Below are positions 35,701 through 45,503 of a DNA stretch of 62,758 nucleotides, in pieces; the stretch's first letter is position 1; the number at the start of each line of letters is the position of its first letter. Source of the DNA: Perkinsus olseni (lineage: Eukaryota); NCBI GenBank assembly GCA_013115125.1, contig JABANN010000021.1, positions 62,001 to 124,758 on the forward strand, given 5' to 3'. The notes beneath the pieces were generated by a model. It was given only the letters and a program-made list of their open reading frames with translations. It did no database searches and was not told the origin of the DNA. Position numbers and translations under genes: made by a program.

Positions 35701-36087
35701 TGGTGAGTTGGTCTGGGTTCCACTAAGTGGGGGGGCCTCGCAACTTGCTATGGGGCACACCCAGCACGGCATAGGTAGAGAGCGAAGGTTCATGAGCGCT
35801 CCCGGTGCCCTCAGGTGATGGTGGTCCTCGGCGCCATCATAATTGTTGTGATGATGATAACTTGTTGCAGACAGGCTCATCTATCGCCACCATTACGTAC
35901 GTCTTAGCTCCCACCCAAGTGTCGCTACGGCCTCTCTTCAGAGCGCCTGCGAGCTCCCTCGGGCCAGCGGATACTTGGCCGGCGAAGTGCAGCGGCAACG
36001 TATTACCGGGGAGAATTTTCCTCGAGCGATGATGATGATGACGAGTTCGAGCTCGGGGTTCTTCCAGGCTCCGCTCGGATTGAATAG
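26732..36087 (+). CDS. Phytase-like type I membrane protein, copy 3, with an LTR retrotransposon in a ~7 kb intron (28197-35175)
   Basis: FGGLTSLTVSSDG...DKKG lies before the element and VENMEGIAARED...LLSNNNFDK after it. TM segment VMVVLGAIIIVVMMITCC and acidic tail ending ARIE-TAG. Confidence 0.68.
28643..28827 (+). repeat. 5' LTR
   Basis: Direct repeat of 34639-34823; starts TGTGCG, ends GCGCA. Confidence 0.95.
28784..34534 (+). CDS. Gag-Pol polyprotein (3 CCHC knuckles, aspartic protease, RT, RNase H, integrase, C-terminal Tudor-like domain)
   Basis: Knuckles CQRC..H...C, CRTC...H...C, CMRC...H...C. Protease LVDSGA. RT motifs PIRVVLDA, DISKAF, YLDD. RNase H motifs FSDSS, KEL, FCDSEIV, NPADRPTR (Pao type). 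Integrase GIDICGP, ISDQ, GWYERI. Confidence 0.93.
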   Translation: MTNPSKADDPDDSAHSTGIKTRHSPRLGPEGSLQPLLVEATTHIIETNRKVNKEMFQALTNQLAETNKMLSNQMAALCNAMSETVHSMRTSPTPSQQSFPTDDTLKPGRKTSKSVNISNDEAATKAKKTVDKADLSFLGSHSNGVTNYWTGDSDDRSVTRLKTLLEGQHLYRFGDWAVKYLLCLRVLAPSIREVAAMTVEHSNMCSTFEDLHDALWVYLTKEYSSSHDDETSRGKLQALKMNTVKNDAEVVTAYDRYLQRFGLIRIEFLHEHVEDCESSRLRNSEELAHYFYHGLSDRVKHKLISEIKDAAIYKDLDRLKDITRHVCRVLSKKAKTKSPSAPALNSQEEIVDISRPFYNRSLRQTEANNVEATITNDHIKTFKCQRCLSNDHSTVLCPASDVSLPACRCRTCGMVNHPEASAPCPSLMKGPITCMRCSGQGHFARACQAKELRPMPVEQRKLIFDRVKAKRTPTTTTVKDSQVNLVALSTSKTRSDSSLTNIDIYLNTDNKLRYKQSALVDSGASHCFIHPDLIHQWNRAGVEMKVLPAGHAATSSDGSKDPIPIGTAVVLPVTFSTTECATITIKCYVYPDLSHQMLLSSSVLREAGCLWFMLPGYADCMLLGESAQELRDILDTLGILDTLGIQPLPLERSSSLAPDHLSLNCLNLQALCYDGLETNWESTHRLMSCTLQLGTGNGGPESSDLYADEQEALRRCEELAIAQSPMSVPPTEAFVADFESTEDLASRCFDIHLQRDPESAPDGRPVLRVPWKSELRPPVNSNKARRCDLAIMRKLPYGKKEDFRKKIYEFVSYGFCTPTTAADSDAQLEAYMESVRDDIDKGHVPTSSLTGRFIRAFCVHDPVSVSTPIRVVLDARPDNLFTHAFPVGERSSSSSLEGNLLYWRSGRYYFSMDISKAFLSLSIHPADRPYCGVQAAGCTLQFGAVYFGAGWAPRGLQESTEHLKGIWKDDLQGLPPRVRFLPDERRAVAPDLVPPAPPAPTKLPPPDDIDSLKLYLDDVVAAGSEPERLLVLRDFARYKFSRHGLHCNPLKDNHNLPSQDHPADDAKTSRHLGYSYLPASDELVMAYGTGRGSCSSTLPETTLTRAQAVSVLSALFDPVGLWSECSNGARLLLRKLAASKSCWSTPISADLDAEVRHWRETARSCSYRMSRHLDFENGQLTGFSDSSGELWCCDVRIASLNQIDLTAFNRITCKYGYCDDPVGRPRTIVMKELDALARLCDLLQHIQQLVALMGIKVGANFHNVALFCDSEIVIWKLLNYGRTRGSLPCFEDNRLKRIHHFISKEGYNATVYHIAGDGNPADRPTRPTSAPMGDNQIRGAVVGALEKAFVFNSTTARSNLAMADHKKKEPSLTVHNAEILDDLDLQKAIRHSQQQDPVCQGVRSAVRNSEVGDLAHSKNRQLRDKMVVDGVVKIRTLDWTDESAPKIGGCKFLVPDFDRALQIRILRRCHELKRHCGVSAFQRYVGSRFHWKKVKADCKRHVAACPVTDRDRAPQNLNKAFGGSASWRSGFRPMECWGIDICGPFRRVAAADDSYSDDESISTTSISDVEVYVFTATCVASGYLMTRTMSRKSSAACAAAIRSLIAAEDYPHCLISDQDKAFCSKEFQMAVKSFPFSVQQLTVPRFSPWLRGWYERIHRELVQALRAAINSDQSQHQAWTDTVQDCTRALNVTPYSDVSPLAPWHLVKGYPSRHDVTSHGHPTDYNSKLNLQSPRWYQDLQDLSQELREQRQVTLKGYLDFWKDRRDEMYHRAILDRGSDHRSDLADGCVVYRWAPREDKLAYQWMGPFIFQGFHGDGRSMGVIQDPTTGATTIESMLNLKKSYADPTISCAVNYGLPPLPVGTRISMPFSTNGRDQDYEGVIEQVNPNGLLTILFDDGERYDDIDPKKEKVTAMS
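34639..34823 (+). repeat. 3' LTR
   Basis: Direct repeat of the 5' LTR, preceded by TTTTGGCCCCCTGGCAA. Confidence 0.95.
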
Positions 36088-37219
36088 TTGGTCTTCACTT
36101 GCTCATGGCATAGTTATGTCTTCACTTCCACTTGTGCTGCATTTCTCATGACTATTCGCTATAATTCTCAGTAGTGCTTCTGCCCTCATCGGCGGTCTGC
36201 GTTCGAGTTTCCCAACGGGTTTGTGGTACACGAAGATACCACTTTAGTTTTGAATTCCGACTTTCTTGACAGATTGCCTGTCATCACACTGGGGCTTAGA
36301 AAGGTATCCTTCGCTGCTCCGTCCCGGTCCGGTTTGGCCTGATCGTTTCAGGGTGTGGCACTCAGGCGAGGTCTGTCCACGACTTCTCGGCCGCGGAGAG
36401 AGGCTGCAACCTCTCATGCCATGATGTTGAGATGGACGAAGACACTGGGAGCCACGACGGAGTGTGTGAGTTGGACACTGGCTTTGTGCAACAACTATTT
36501 TCATGCGGAACCCGTTACGTGGGCACTGGACGGCAGGTGGAGTGCGCGGTCCGCTACGGCTCTTGCTGAGTTGCTTCTTCCGATGGTTCGATGGAGTCCG
36601 CCAAGGCAGCGGTTACCCGAGGAAGTGTTTTTACTTGTTTTCGGTTGAAACTTCTGCTGCTATCGTGGTCATGCTTGTCGATCAGAAGGATCCTCATGGC
36701 TACGACGCCCATGCAGCGAACCGCCTCGAGCAAATCTTGGATAGTAGAAGCGGCAGGCAGAAACTGAAGTAAGGGAGGGCGAGACCTCCAGCTGAGCGGG
36801 ATGTTACTAACACAGGGACACACCGCGGCAGAGGGTCATCCAGAGTCGAGAAGCTCAGAGGGAGGTGCATACCAACATTTCCAAGATTCTCAGGGTAGGC
36901 CACCGCGACTCGAACCCACCACCACGACTACAGACTATTGCCATGATCGGTTTTGAAGGTCGCTCCGAAAGCAGCTAGTCGTCCTCGGGGACCCACAATC
37001 CCTGATGGCTCATTCTACCTCTGACTTAAAGCTGGGCGAGGCTCTCGCCGCGAGAGCACGAGTACAGTTACCGTCCCACGGTTTAACTCAGAGTACGGTA
37101 GAGGTATGAGTATGATTCCGCAACCGTGCTGCCCCTCACAGCCGTACAAAGTGCGGCTGCGTGAGACGCTACTAATGACGCTAGCGCCTAGCGTGACGCC
37201 GTGACTCGCCACTCAGTTC

Positions 37220-37630
37220 CTTAGCGGTCTGAACACTGCCAAATAGCGGTCCGAACGATGGAAAAGCTGGTTGGGAAGGGTTTTCAAGTTTTACCGCGGG
37301 AAACGCGCACCCCAGCGCGTTAGGGCGCGCGCTTAATTCCGTGGCGCGTGACTAATACGCGCGTATCCCAGTGGATCCGTGGTCCTAAAGGCGCGACGCG
37401 ACTCTGATCTGGCCGTCTAGGAGCTTTGCAGGGTCTACGCCGTAGACGATAGACGTTATATAGAAGGAAGTTCCGAACGAGTTTAGTTCCGAATCAGTGT
37501 GGTATAGAGAGCTAGACACTACTGGCATCAAAATCGGGCCCAAAGCCCGCGATAAAACCACTCAAAAAACCCTTCCCTACGAGCTGTTCCATCGTTCGGA
37601 CCGCTTTCTGCCAGTGTTCAGACCTTCGGC
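37220..37630. mobile_element. Non-autonomous TIR element (MITE, Mutator-like)
   Basis: Imperfect ~60-bp inverted repeats (from 37226 GGTCTGAACACTG...GGGAAGGGTTTT versus AAAACCCTTCCC...CAGTGTTCAGACC ending 37624). Flanked symmetrically by the 11-bp direct repeat CCACTCAGTTC (37209-37219, 37631-37641). Confidence 0.8.
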
Positions 37631-37868
37631 CCACTCAGTTCAGCGGTCGATTTGAGTGATTGCGGTTCTCGAGCGTTGGGTGGGGTTGGGGCAATTCTGC
37701 GATTGGGTGGCAGAGATCATTGCTCCCGGGCATCCCATTAGTTGAGTATGATCTAGTCGAGTTGGTCTTGCACGAACGCTCACCAAACGATCTCAATATT
37801 CTACTGCTGAACTCCGGAATAATTCAGGCCAGGCCCAGAGGCTTTCTTGTCTAAGACTGTACTGGACT

Positions 37869-39025
37869 TTGTTTTCTACCGTCTTTCAGCAAGTCCAAGG
37901 ACCCTATGCGGCATTCGATCACCCCTTGAAGCTCAGCACGGTCGTTTCGGTTATGCATGACATGAACCAGTCGGAGTTCCGAAGGGACCAACAACAGCGG
38001 GCCGAATGGGACAAGAGTGTCCCCCACAAGATGTATGTTCACGACGTTTGGTGACACGCCGCCTGTCGAAGGACCCCCCAGTGGTTCTTTTCTGCATCAT
38101 GTCGTTTCTGATTCATCTATACTGGGGTTTCGTATATGATCAATTGTGAGTGCTCCATGAGGGCTCTCAGTAGCTACGTCCTCTATTTCGGGTTCTATTT
38201 AGCTCAGCTGACTGAGTTCGAAAAAACCCGACTCTAATTCTGGTGAACTGCATGTTGGCCGTACTAGCAGATTAATTGTTAATTTCATCTATCCCTGTAC
38301 TATGCCTGCTATCAGTTGTACCACTTGCCTTTCACGATCGAAGATTCTGGTCTTACTTCAATCGATAGCCATCACTCTGTTGTTGGTAGGAATTCATGCG
38401 TCTCCAGTTGGTCTGAATCTTCATCTCCCGTAAGGTTCTAGGCCTGACGTTGGCGGCCGTCCCCATCGTAGTGATAGCTATGCTGACACCCATCTGGATC
38501 ACCCTCGGTATACTGTATCAAATCAGATGGCAACGAGGCGGCAACGTTGTCTTCACTTCCCCGGAGGTGGATGGTAACGTCTCCTGGACAACTCCAGGGT
38601 CTACGAGGTGTCCTTCAGGCTTGGCGGTGTCATCGGCATCTCCTAGGGCGAGACATGGTAGCTTAGGCCTCACGACCCAGGAACGCAATAGGGTGAGCTC
38701 CTACCGTTTGTGGTTGCAGTGATTCATTGATCAGTTGCTTTTGGAAACTACGAGCCCTCCTCGTCCGATTTCCGACCTCTTGCGAGAAATGGAGGAGTTG
38801 GATGAGGACGCTGGGAGTAGCTCGGCCAAGGTTGACGGCCTGTGTTGCTCGATATGCCTCTCACCATACGGGGAGGGCGACACCCTTGGACGCCGACTGG
38901 CATGTGGTCACGTGTTTCATATGGCGTGCATCGACAGTTGGGCCAATAAGCAGTCACACTGTCCGCTGTGTCGAGAGGACTTCTCCAGAGGCTTTGATCT
39001 TCGGGGAACCGTTTTCGAACACTGA
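37869..39025 (+). CDS. Membrane-associated RING-H2 E3 ubiquitin ligase, multi-exon
   Basis: Last exon encodes CSICLSPY...LACGHVFHMACIDSW...CPLC (C3H2C3). Upstream hydrophobic exon AAVPIVVIAMLTPIWITLGILY. Start is uncertain. Confidence 0.78.
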
Positions 39026-39666
39026 TTGGCATCTTTTACTCGATACAATTCTGCTGCTTTTTCAATCTCGCGGCAACGGCCGACCGGCATACAACGGCAC
39101 TTCGTTCTCCGGTCCTTATGATGGATTTACGATCGTCTTTTCACCTGAGCTAGTTGTGTTACGCAGTGGTTCACGAGTACATCGCTGTGGCGGCCGGCTA
39201 ACCCGTTGATACAGGGATTCTCTTCGAAGTGCTATCAAATCATGCGAGCCCGATGGAATCGCCGAAGGCCGAAGTGAGCCTCTCAACTCACGTACAAACA
39301 TCGCTGTCATAACAGCAGACGAAGCGTGCACACTACTCTGATGGCCTTCCTGTTTCGCACCCTTACTCGACTCAAGCGCGCTAAAAGCTCAATTCAAACC
39401 GAGGACACCGAAGTTCAGTGCCGTGATTCAAGACGAAACGCGCATGAGGGCTTTCCTCTTTTAGAGCACTCCTTCGCCGCAGCCCAACGCTACCAGTACC
39501 CGCCTTGTAGAGAAGAAGTCGAAACTAAGTGGTCATTGTCTGCCTAGGAATTTCCCACCCCATTCGGGGGTTGGGATCATTTCCGAGGCGAGCGCTTCTC
39601 TTCTGGAAGCACGAATAACTTGCCGCCACGTCTCCAGTAATTCTGATTCTCGCCATTATTCAACGA

Positions 39667-40737
39667 ATGAGCTTCCCTCGCCCTGGGCCTGGTCTGTTAC
39701 TGCTCGCCCTCCACGCTATGGCAGCTGACCCGGTAGGCCCCGTGTCCATCCCCGCTGGGTTATACAATACTACGGCATATGCCGGCCTCTTCGACGGTGT
39801 GATGGTGAGGGCCAGTGCCGATATGCGCTGGTCTTTCGTGTTCAAGCTCATTATAGGAGGGACTCTCCTCACGACACCATCGTATAAAATGAAGCACAGT
39901 ACAGACGGTTGCTTCGTCTACGATCGCAGCGACAACCTTGCGAACGCTTTCATGGATGCGTACTTCCGGGAGCTATCGAAAAGGGTTATCGTTGAGCTAA
40001 AGTACAGCGACTTTAAAGTCTGCATATCGGAGGGTACGCACCCGTTCTTGGTTCTCAAAGGGAAAACGTATAGGATGCAGTATATTGCACAGGCGCTCAT
40101 GGCTGGAGTTGAGCCCGGTCGTGAAACAACAGCCCATCCCAGGGCATCCGACGCAGCAGCTGCAAGTCCTCAATCTGCCGTGTACATGCCACCCTCCAGC
40201 GACGAGGCCCTTGGTGGCCCTCAGAGATCCACTTCTAACAAGAGACCTCTAGTGGACACCTCCACTTCGGGTATCATCAAGCGTCGGGCAACGCATGCAG
40301 AGATCATGGAAATGCAGGCTCGAAGACGAATTGTTAACAGGCCCGTCACGTCTCGAACTACCACGGTCCACGCCGCAGCTTTAGAGCTTCCTCCGCTCGG
40401 ACGCTATAAGAATGCTGAGCCTGTCCCTCCCTTTGAGAATATCACCCTCAATCGTGAACGGAATCCTCAGTGCTCTCTACTTTTCTTCCTGCCTGGCAAG
40501 CAGTACCCGTTCGAGGTTGGACCGGGACGATTGGTGTTAGGGAGAGTGTTCAACAGGGAATGGCCTTGCTATGTGTTCACCACCTCTGATCGAAGAGTTG
40601 TCCGCCAAATGAGCTATCTTTCGGATCACCTTGACCGAACTGTCACCGTGAATTCGTTGTGCGTGTCTTACACGGTTACCGAAGGTGTTAGATTGGTAAT
40701 ACGAGACGCTTCCTACCGGCTGGAGACGATGGGATGA
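39667..40737 (+). CDS. Lineage-specific secreted protein with two related beta-rich modules and a low-complexity linker
   Basis: 356-aa intronless ORF with signal peptide. Modules begin IPAGLY / PPLGRY, contain C-F/Y-V and end Y-R-M/L. Confidence 0.65.
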   Translation: MSFPRPGPGLLLLALHAMAADPVGPVSIPAGLYNTTAYAGLFDGVMVRASADMRWSFVFKLIIGGTLLTTPSYKMKHSTDGCFVYDRSDNLANAFMDAYFRELSKRVIVELKYSDFKVCISEGTHPFLVLKGKTYRMQYIAQALMAGVEPGRETTAHPRASDAAAASPQSAVYMPPSSDEALGGPQRSTSNKRPLVDTSTSGIIKRRATHAEIMEMQARRRIVNRPVTSRTTTVHAAALELPPLGRYKNAEPVPPFENITLNRERNPQCSLLFFLPGKQYPFEVGPGRLVLGRVFNREWPCYVFTTSDRRVVRQMSYLSDHLDRTVTVNSLCVSYTVTEGVRLVIRDASYRLETMG

Positions 40738-41185
40738 AGAGATATGTACTGCATCACAATTCTCCTTCCAGATAACGTTGTGAATAAGCAAGATAGAAAC
40801 CAGTTCTCGTGTGAGTTGATGTACAAGATGCCATTGGATGTTGTTCTTCTTGGTATTTGTCATGTCGCACTGTATTGAGTTCGTATAAAGCTCCTCCATG
40901 GTGGGGCTCTCACGCCCTTCGGCCACTGAAGGACAAAAATGGATCCCAGAAGTGCTAGAGATGGCCTTGAAATATGGATCTAACATATTCTATGGACCTT
41001 TGGACACTTGATCGGGCTCGGGTGTCTTCACGTCTCATTCCTCCGTTACACGCTCGGCCACCATCAACAATTTCAGCCCCGCCGTAAGCGTAGATCAAAC
41101 GTCATATTACGCAGGTCGATATATCGCGCCGGTTTGCGTCCACTCAACACCACAGTACTTTCAGAGAAGCCCCTCTTCAGGAGAG

Positions 41186-41954
41186 TCAAGTGTCCATGGT
41201 GAACTGATACGCCCCGTCATCTTCGTTGGAAGACTCACCCAGGTTAGAGCCGCTTTCCAGTACGCGCGAGATGTCCTGTATGTCGATTCCCAGGCCTAGA
41301 GAGAACAATAGCTCGAACGTTTCTAGAAGAATCTTACCAATTTCGGAGTGAGAGGAGTTAGAGTCGCCAGGATCCTCAGGGTTGGTGTCTGTCGCCATCC
41401 ACTCGTCACCATCATCACGACCACCAGCAGGAATCGACATAACAGCTGCTGTGAAGTCCAAGCTTTGGGCAACCTGACCATTGCCATTAGAATACAGTTC
41501 GAAACGACGACCGATCACCGAAGCCCTAGCCCGAGGGGTTCTCCGCCTGGTAGAAGGAGGGCCATTGGGCGAGAGGTCCGCCACCAAATCCTGCTCCGGG
41601 TCCTCGTCTGCTGACCGTCCTCATCATGATACGATCTCGACCAAGAGCATACCTTCATCATGATGAGAGGCCGCGTGGGTAGAGGGGGGTGAGATATCGC
41701 ACGGTGCAGCAGCCGAGCCGATGTAGGGCCGCCGAGGGTGATACGACCTCAGAGACTCCGCCTGATTGAGGTTCGAATAGATCCACAGAGGTTGATGTTA
41801 TCACTCTCATCAACTCTTCATGTCTTCGGCTGGCCATCACACTGCACGGCTGAGGTCTGTCGTTGAGTAGTCCGAAGGGATGCTGAATCCTCTCATCTGG
41901 TAACGGTGGCAGTGGACTTATTACCCGAGTGACGAGTGGATTCAACTCCCCCAT
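41186..41954 (-). CDS. Hypothetical protein, probably 2 exons
   Basis: Two consecutive minus-strand ORFs joinable through a GT-AG intron near 41590-41655. Confidence 0.4.
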
Positions 41955-42159
41955 TCGAGTTCAACTGCAAAACACGCTTATACCGTCTGCTGACAACATT
42001 CGCCGAGATCAAGCGCGCGCTACTAGCGCCTAGAGCTAGCACGCAGCGTACCGTACGCTAGTACCGTCCCCTTTGCTACTCTTGAGGACATAATTACTCC
42101 ATTAGGAACATCATTTCTTGGGTTGTAATTTTTCGTCAATCGAGATCAATACGTCAGAA

Positions 42160-43450
42160 AATGGCTTATCAAACTAAAGATGTTTTTAATTTCTTGAGAA
42201 AAACAAAAATCGGTCCCTCACTGATGATCCTTGACCAGATAATGTCAGATATTAGCTTGAATATGAGAATGTCTCCTGGAGCAAAAGAATGGATTCACAA
42301 GGACCTCCTAATGGTTATTTATCCATAATGCTCGGAGCAACAAGCATGTATTATATACTATTCTTATAGCCAAAGAAATCACGAAAGAAGGGATCACATC
42401 GCCATGTCCAAAGTTCATCGGTTCAGGATCCCATTACTGAACCGAGATAAAAACATTGAATGCCAAGGTGGGTAGGTATAGTTCCTAAATTACTATCCAC
42501 GTTGGCCACTACGTCAGGTGTCTATCAAGATGATATATCTTTCTTGAGAGCTCCTACCCTCACGAGAAATATGGTTTTCCTTACTCGTTCTTATAGAGAA
42601 TAAGGAGCAAACATCAGCATCACTACAGCTTTTTAGATATTCATACATGAGTATGATAAGGGCCAGGGAATTGGAATCTAAGTCATCCCAGATTTTTCAA
42701 CCAGATGCCACAGATAAACCGCAAGTTGCGGACAGTCTCTTCTTCAATCTCTTCTTAACAGCCTCTAGTCTATAGTCTATAAGGAGGCTGTCTGAAACCA
42801 AATTCGTGGGATTGTCAACTTTTAAAGCATCAGCCAACATCGGTGTTTCGGGAACATTATTTCCTGTATGGCTGACGATGGGGCTGCACATGAGGATAAT
42901 AAAAGAAATAAAGCGATAGAAGAAGTCTTACAGCTTTTAGACAACTTTTCCCTGAAAAGTTTTCAGTTGAAAAGTCCTCTCCATATGAAGAAATTGACGA
43001 ATTGTTTGATTTGGTAGGTATATCAGGGGGAACTTCAAGAACTGAATTTTCAGTTATTAACAGAAGATTCAGTACTTATTAGAACTTATCAGAACTTATT
43101 TCGGAAGAATCAAGTAGGTGGTCCAATAGAGATCTTCGTGTTGACAAAGTTATCAAGAATAACTGTTAGATGCTTGGAGACCTGTGACCTATTTCCAGAG
43201 TCCTGTGTGAACATATGAGTAACGAGTATCTCACGAAACGAGATGAGAAACATGAAGCGACGGCAAATCATTACAGCAAAGTCGCTAGAGAAAAATCCAG
43301 AAATTCTGTCACCATTACTGTATCAAACTCAAATGTTTGCTTAACCTGGTGTCAGGGCTTCATAGTGAATACTTTCTCTGTGATGTTTTCAGAAATATTC
43401 AAAACTTTTGAATCAAAAGTGATGGTTCATTCCTAAATTCTGTATTCCTC
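42160..43450 (+). pseudogene. Decayed non-LTR (LINE-type) reverse transcriptase remnant
   Basis: AT-rich island. Across frameshifts it gives collinear RT-like motifs: SPG, ILIAK, PI, YGF, FLDI, PQ..SLFFNLFL, MADD (~42868), FSVEKS, FDLVG. Confidence 0.55.
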
Positions 43451-44140
43451 GACTAGAAGAAAATTTGGGATGAGGGAAGAGGATGGGAATAGAGAATTGG
43501 TGTAGCGGCTACACTGTAGCCGGTGTTGGTGGGTTTAATAATATGCGGGCACTAGGAGTGACGAAGACGGTACGCATAGCTGCACGCATGCACAGCAGCA
43601 ACTTGAAAAGTTCGTCGCAGATACATCCCTTGTTCCTAGTTCTTCAAATAGATCCCCGAAGGGCATGCATGGAAGGGCATGCATCATGAGGTCATGGAAA
43701 GGTAGCCTGCATCGTCATTAGCAACGCAATCCTCGTCGCGCCGCATTGGCATTTTCGTGGCGCGTGACTGTTTTTACCTACAGCTTTGTGCGTCTGCTTG
43801 CTAGTGTACGCATACACAAGGAGAAGAACTGGGATCCTTCCACACCCTATGTTGACTTCAACAAGCTGCTGCACACATGATGAGATTGACACACTGATAG
43901 TCGTGGTGCTATGGGTAGTCGATGATAACAGCTTTGGCTTAGGGACTTAGGGGCCTTAAGTTCGGACGACAGATTCGCCGCGACACGAATGTAAACTACA
44001 TCATGCACCCTACGACCTGACGAAGTGTGCGGCGACGCCAGTACCGAAATACTCCAATCGTAGCTGGTAGTGGTTATACGCATATACGCATCAGCTGAGC
44101 TTAACAAGTCCTCCGTACTCATCATCACAACAACATTCGA

Positions 44141-44917
44141 ATGGTCTCCTCGGCTGTCACGCTTCGTCCCCACAGGATGCGCTCCAACTGCCTCCATCGC
44201 ATTTTCTGGTTGTTGGTATTAGTCACTCAAGTCGTGACTCCACTCTCTGCCGAGCCTCTGACGGTCACTGCCGATTACCCTGCGGTCATCATGGGTTACC
44301 TTGAGGGCCCTGGTGCGGCTGAGGGCACCATCATCGACACATACGCCATTCACGTTTCTACATCAAGAGAGGGATCAACCCTGATGGCGTTTATCAGGAT
44401 AGCGCGGGGTTCTTTTCGCGTCCAATTACCCACACACTGGCGAAGGCACTATGAAAATCCAGATCAATTTTCTCAATCATAGTAGCGCTCCTGAGAGTCC
44501 CAACGTTACCGTGGAGATCAGTGGCACAGTTGGTTTGTCTTTCTGGTTCGAAGAGGATGTCTACGTAAAGTGGACCATGGACGCGGGTGATGGTATCATG
44601 TACAGCCATGACGACCTCGGACTCACCACCTTCACGTTAAAGGCTTGGGTTTTCGCTTACCTGACTGGTGCGGCCGCTGGTAGGGTGAATCTTTTGACGT
44701 GGTAGGAGATGTGGATACATGGGTCAGCCTTGCAGGAGTCGCAAAGAGCCCTGTCGCCGACCTGTTCAGTGTGCAGCATGTCCTCGTAATGCGACTGGGA
44801 GACGCCTTCTTCTTTACTGGCAATATCAGAGCGCAAGGTGCTTATTTGACCACTGCGAGCATCCAACAAGGTTTCGATAAACACGAGAGGTTTCTTTACG
44901 CCGAGATCTACGATTGA
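44141..44917 (+). CDS. Hypothetical secreted protein, multi-exon
   Basis: Signal-like IFWLLVLVTQVVTPLSA; three consecutive ORF pieces separated by short intron-sized gaps. Confidence 0.5.
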
Positions 44918-45458
44918 TCTTTGGATCATTGGTCGGTGAGGATGCACCAAATGCCGATGCCCTCTGGCGATTTTCTTTCCAGTTACGTGGACTACCAAAA
45001 GCCTGTTCAACTTCATTCTTAGTTCAGTCGTCTTAGTGTACTATTTTCCGCTTCTCTTCGTGCAATATCGACGTGAATTTTGTACGCGACTGCCGAGGGT
45101 CAATCAAAGGGCCAATGCCCTTCTCACTAGCCTTATCATGTTGCGCTTTAGTTGGAAGCTTGCGTTATGATAGCTATAACCTGATCCATCCACACAAACG
45201 GTACATTTTCATCTTGCTGCAAATGTCGAACGTGTGCGCTCGAGTTGAGCAGAGACTTTAGGACGTTGTAAGCTTCCTTTTGCTAGGTAGCACCTGGAGT
45301 GACCCTTCCCTTCATGATTCGTTCGATTCATGATGGTCATCATCAAACTGGAGCGACTGAAAGCTACTCTGGGCTCCGTGTCCCGAGGCTTGAACGAACC
45401 TGGCTCGATTGTCATCTAGCTACATAATTTGGTTCGACCGACCTTTCCGCGTCGAAGC

Positions 45459-45461
45459 ATG

Positions 45462-45503
<42 letters not shown>

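Noticed and set aside
36244-36903. Possible small gene between phytase-like copy 3 and the MITE
   Set aside because: No consistent frame or recognisable motif on either strand.
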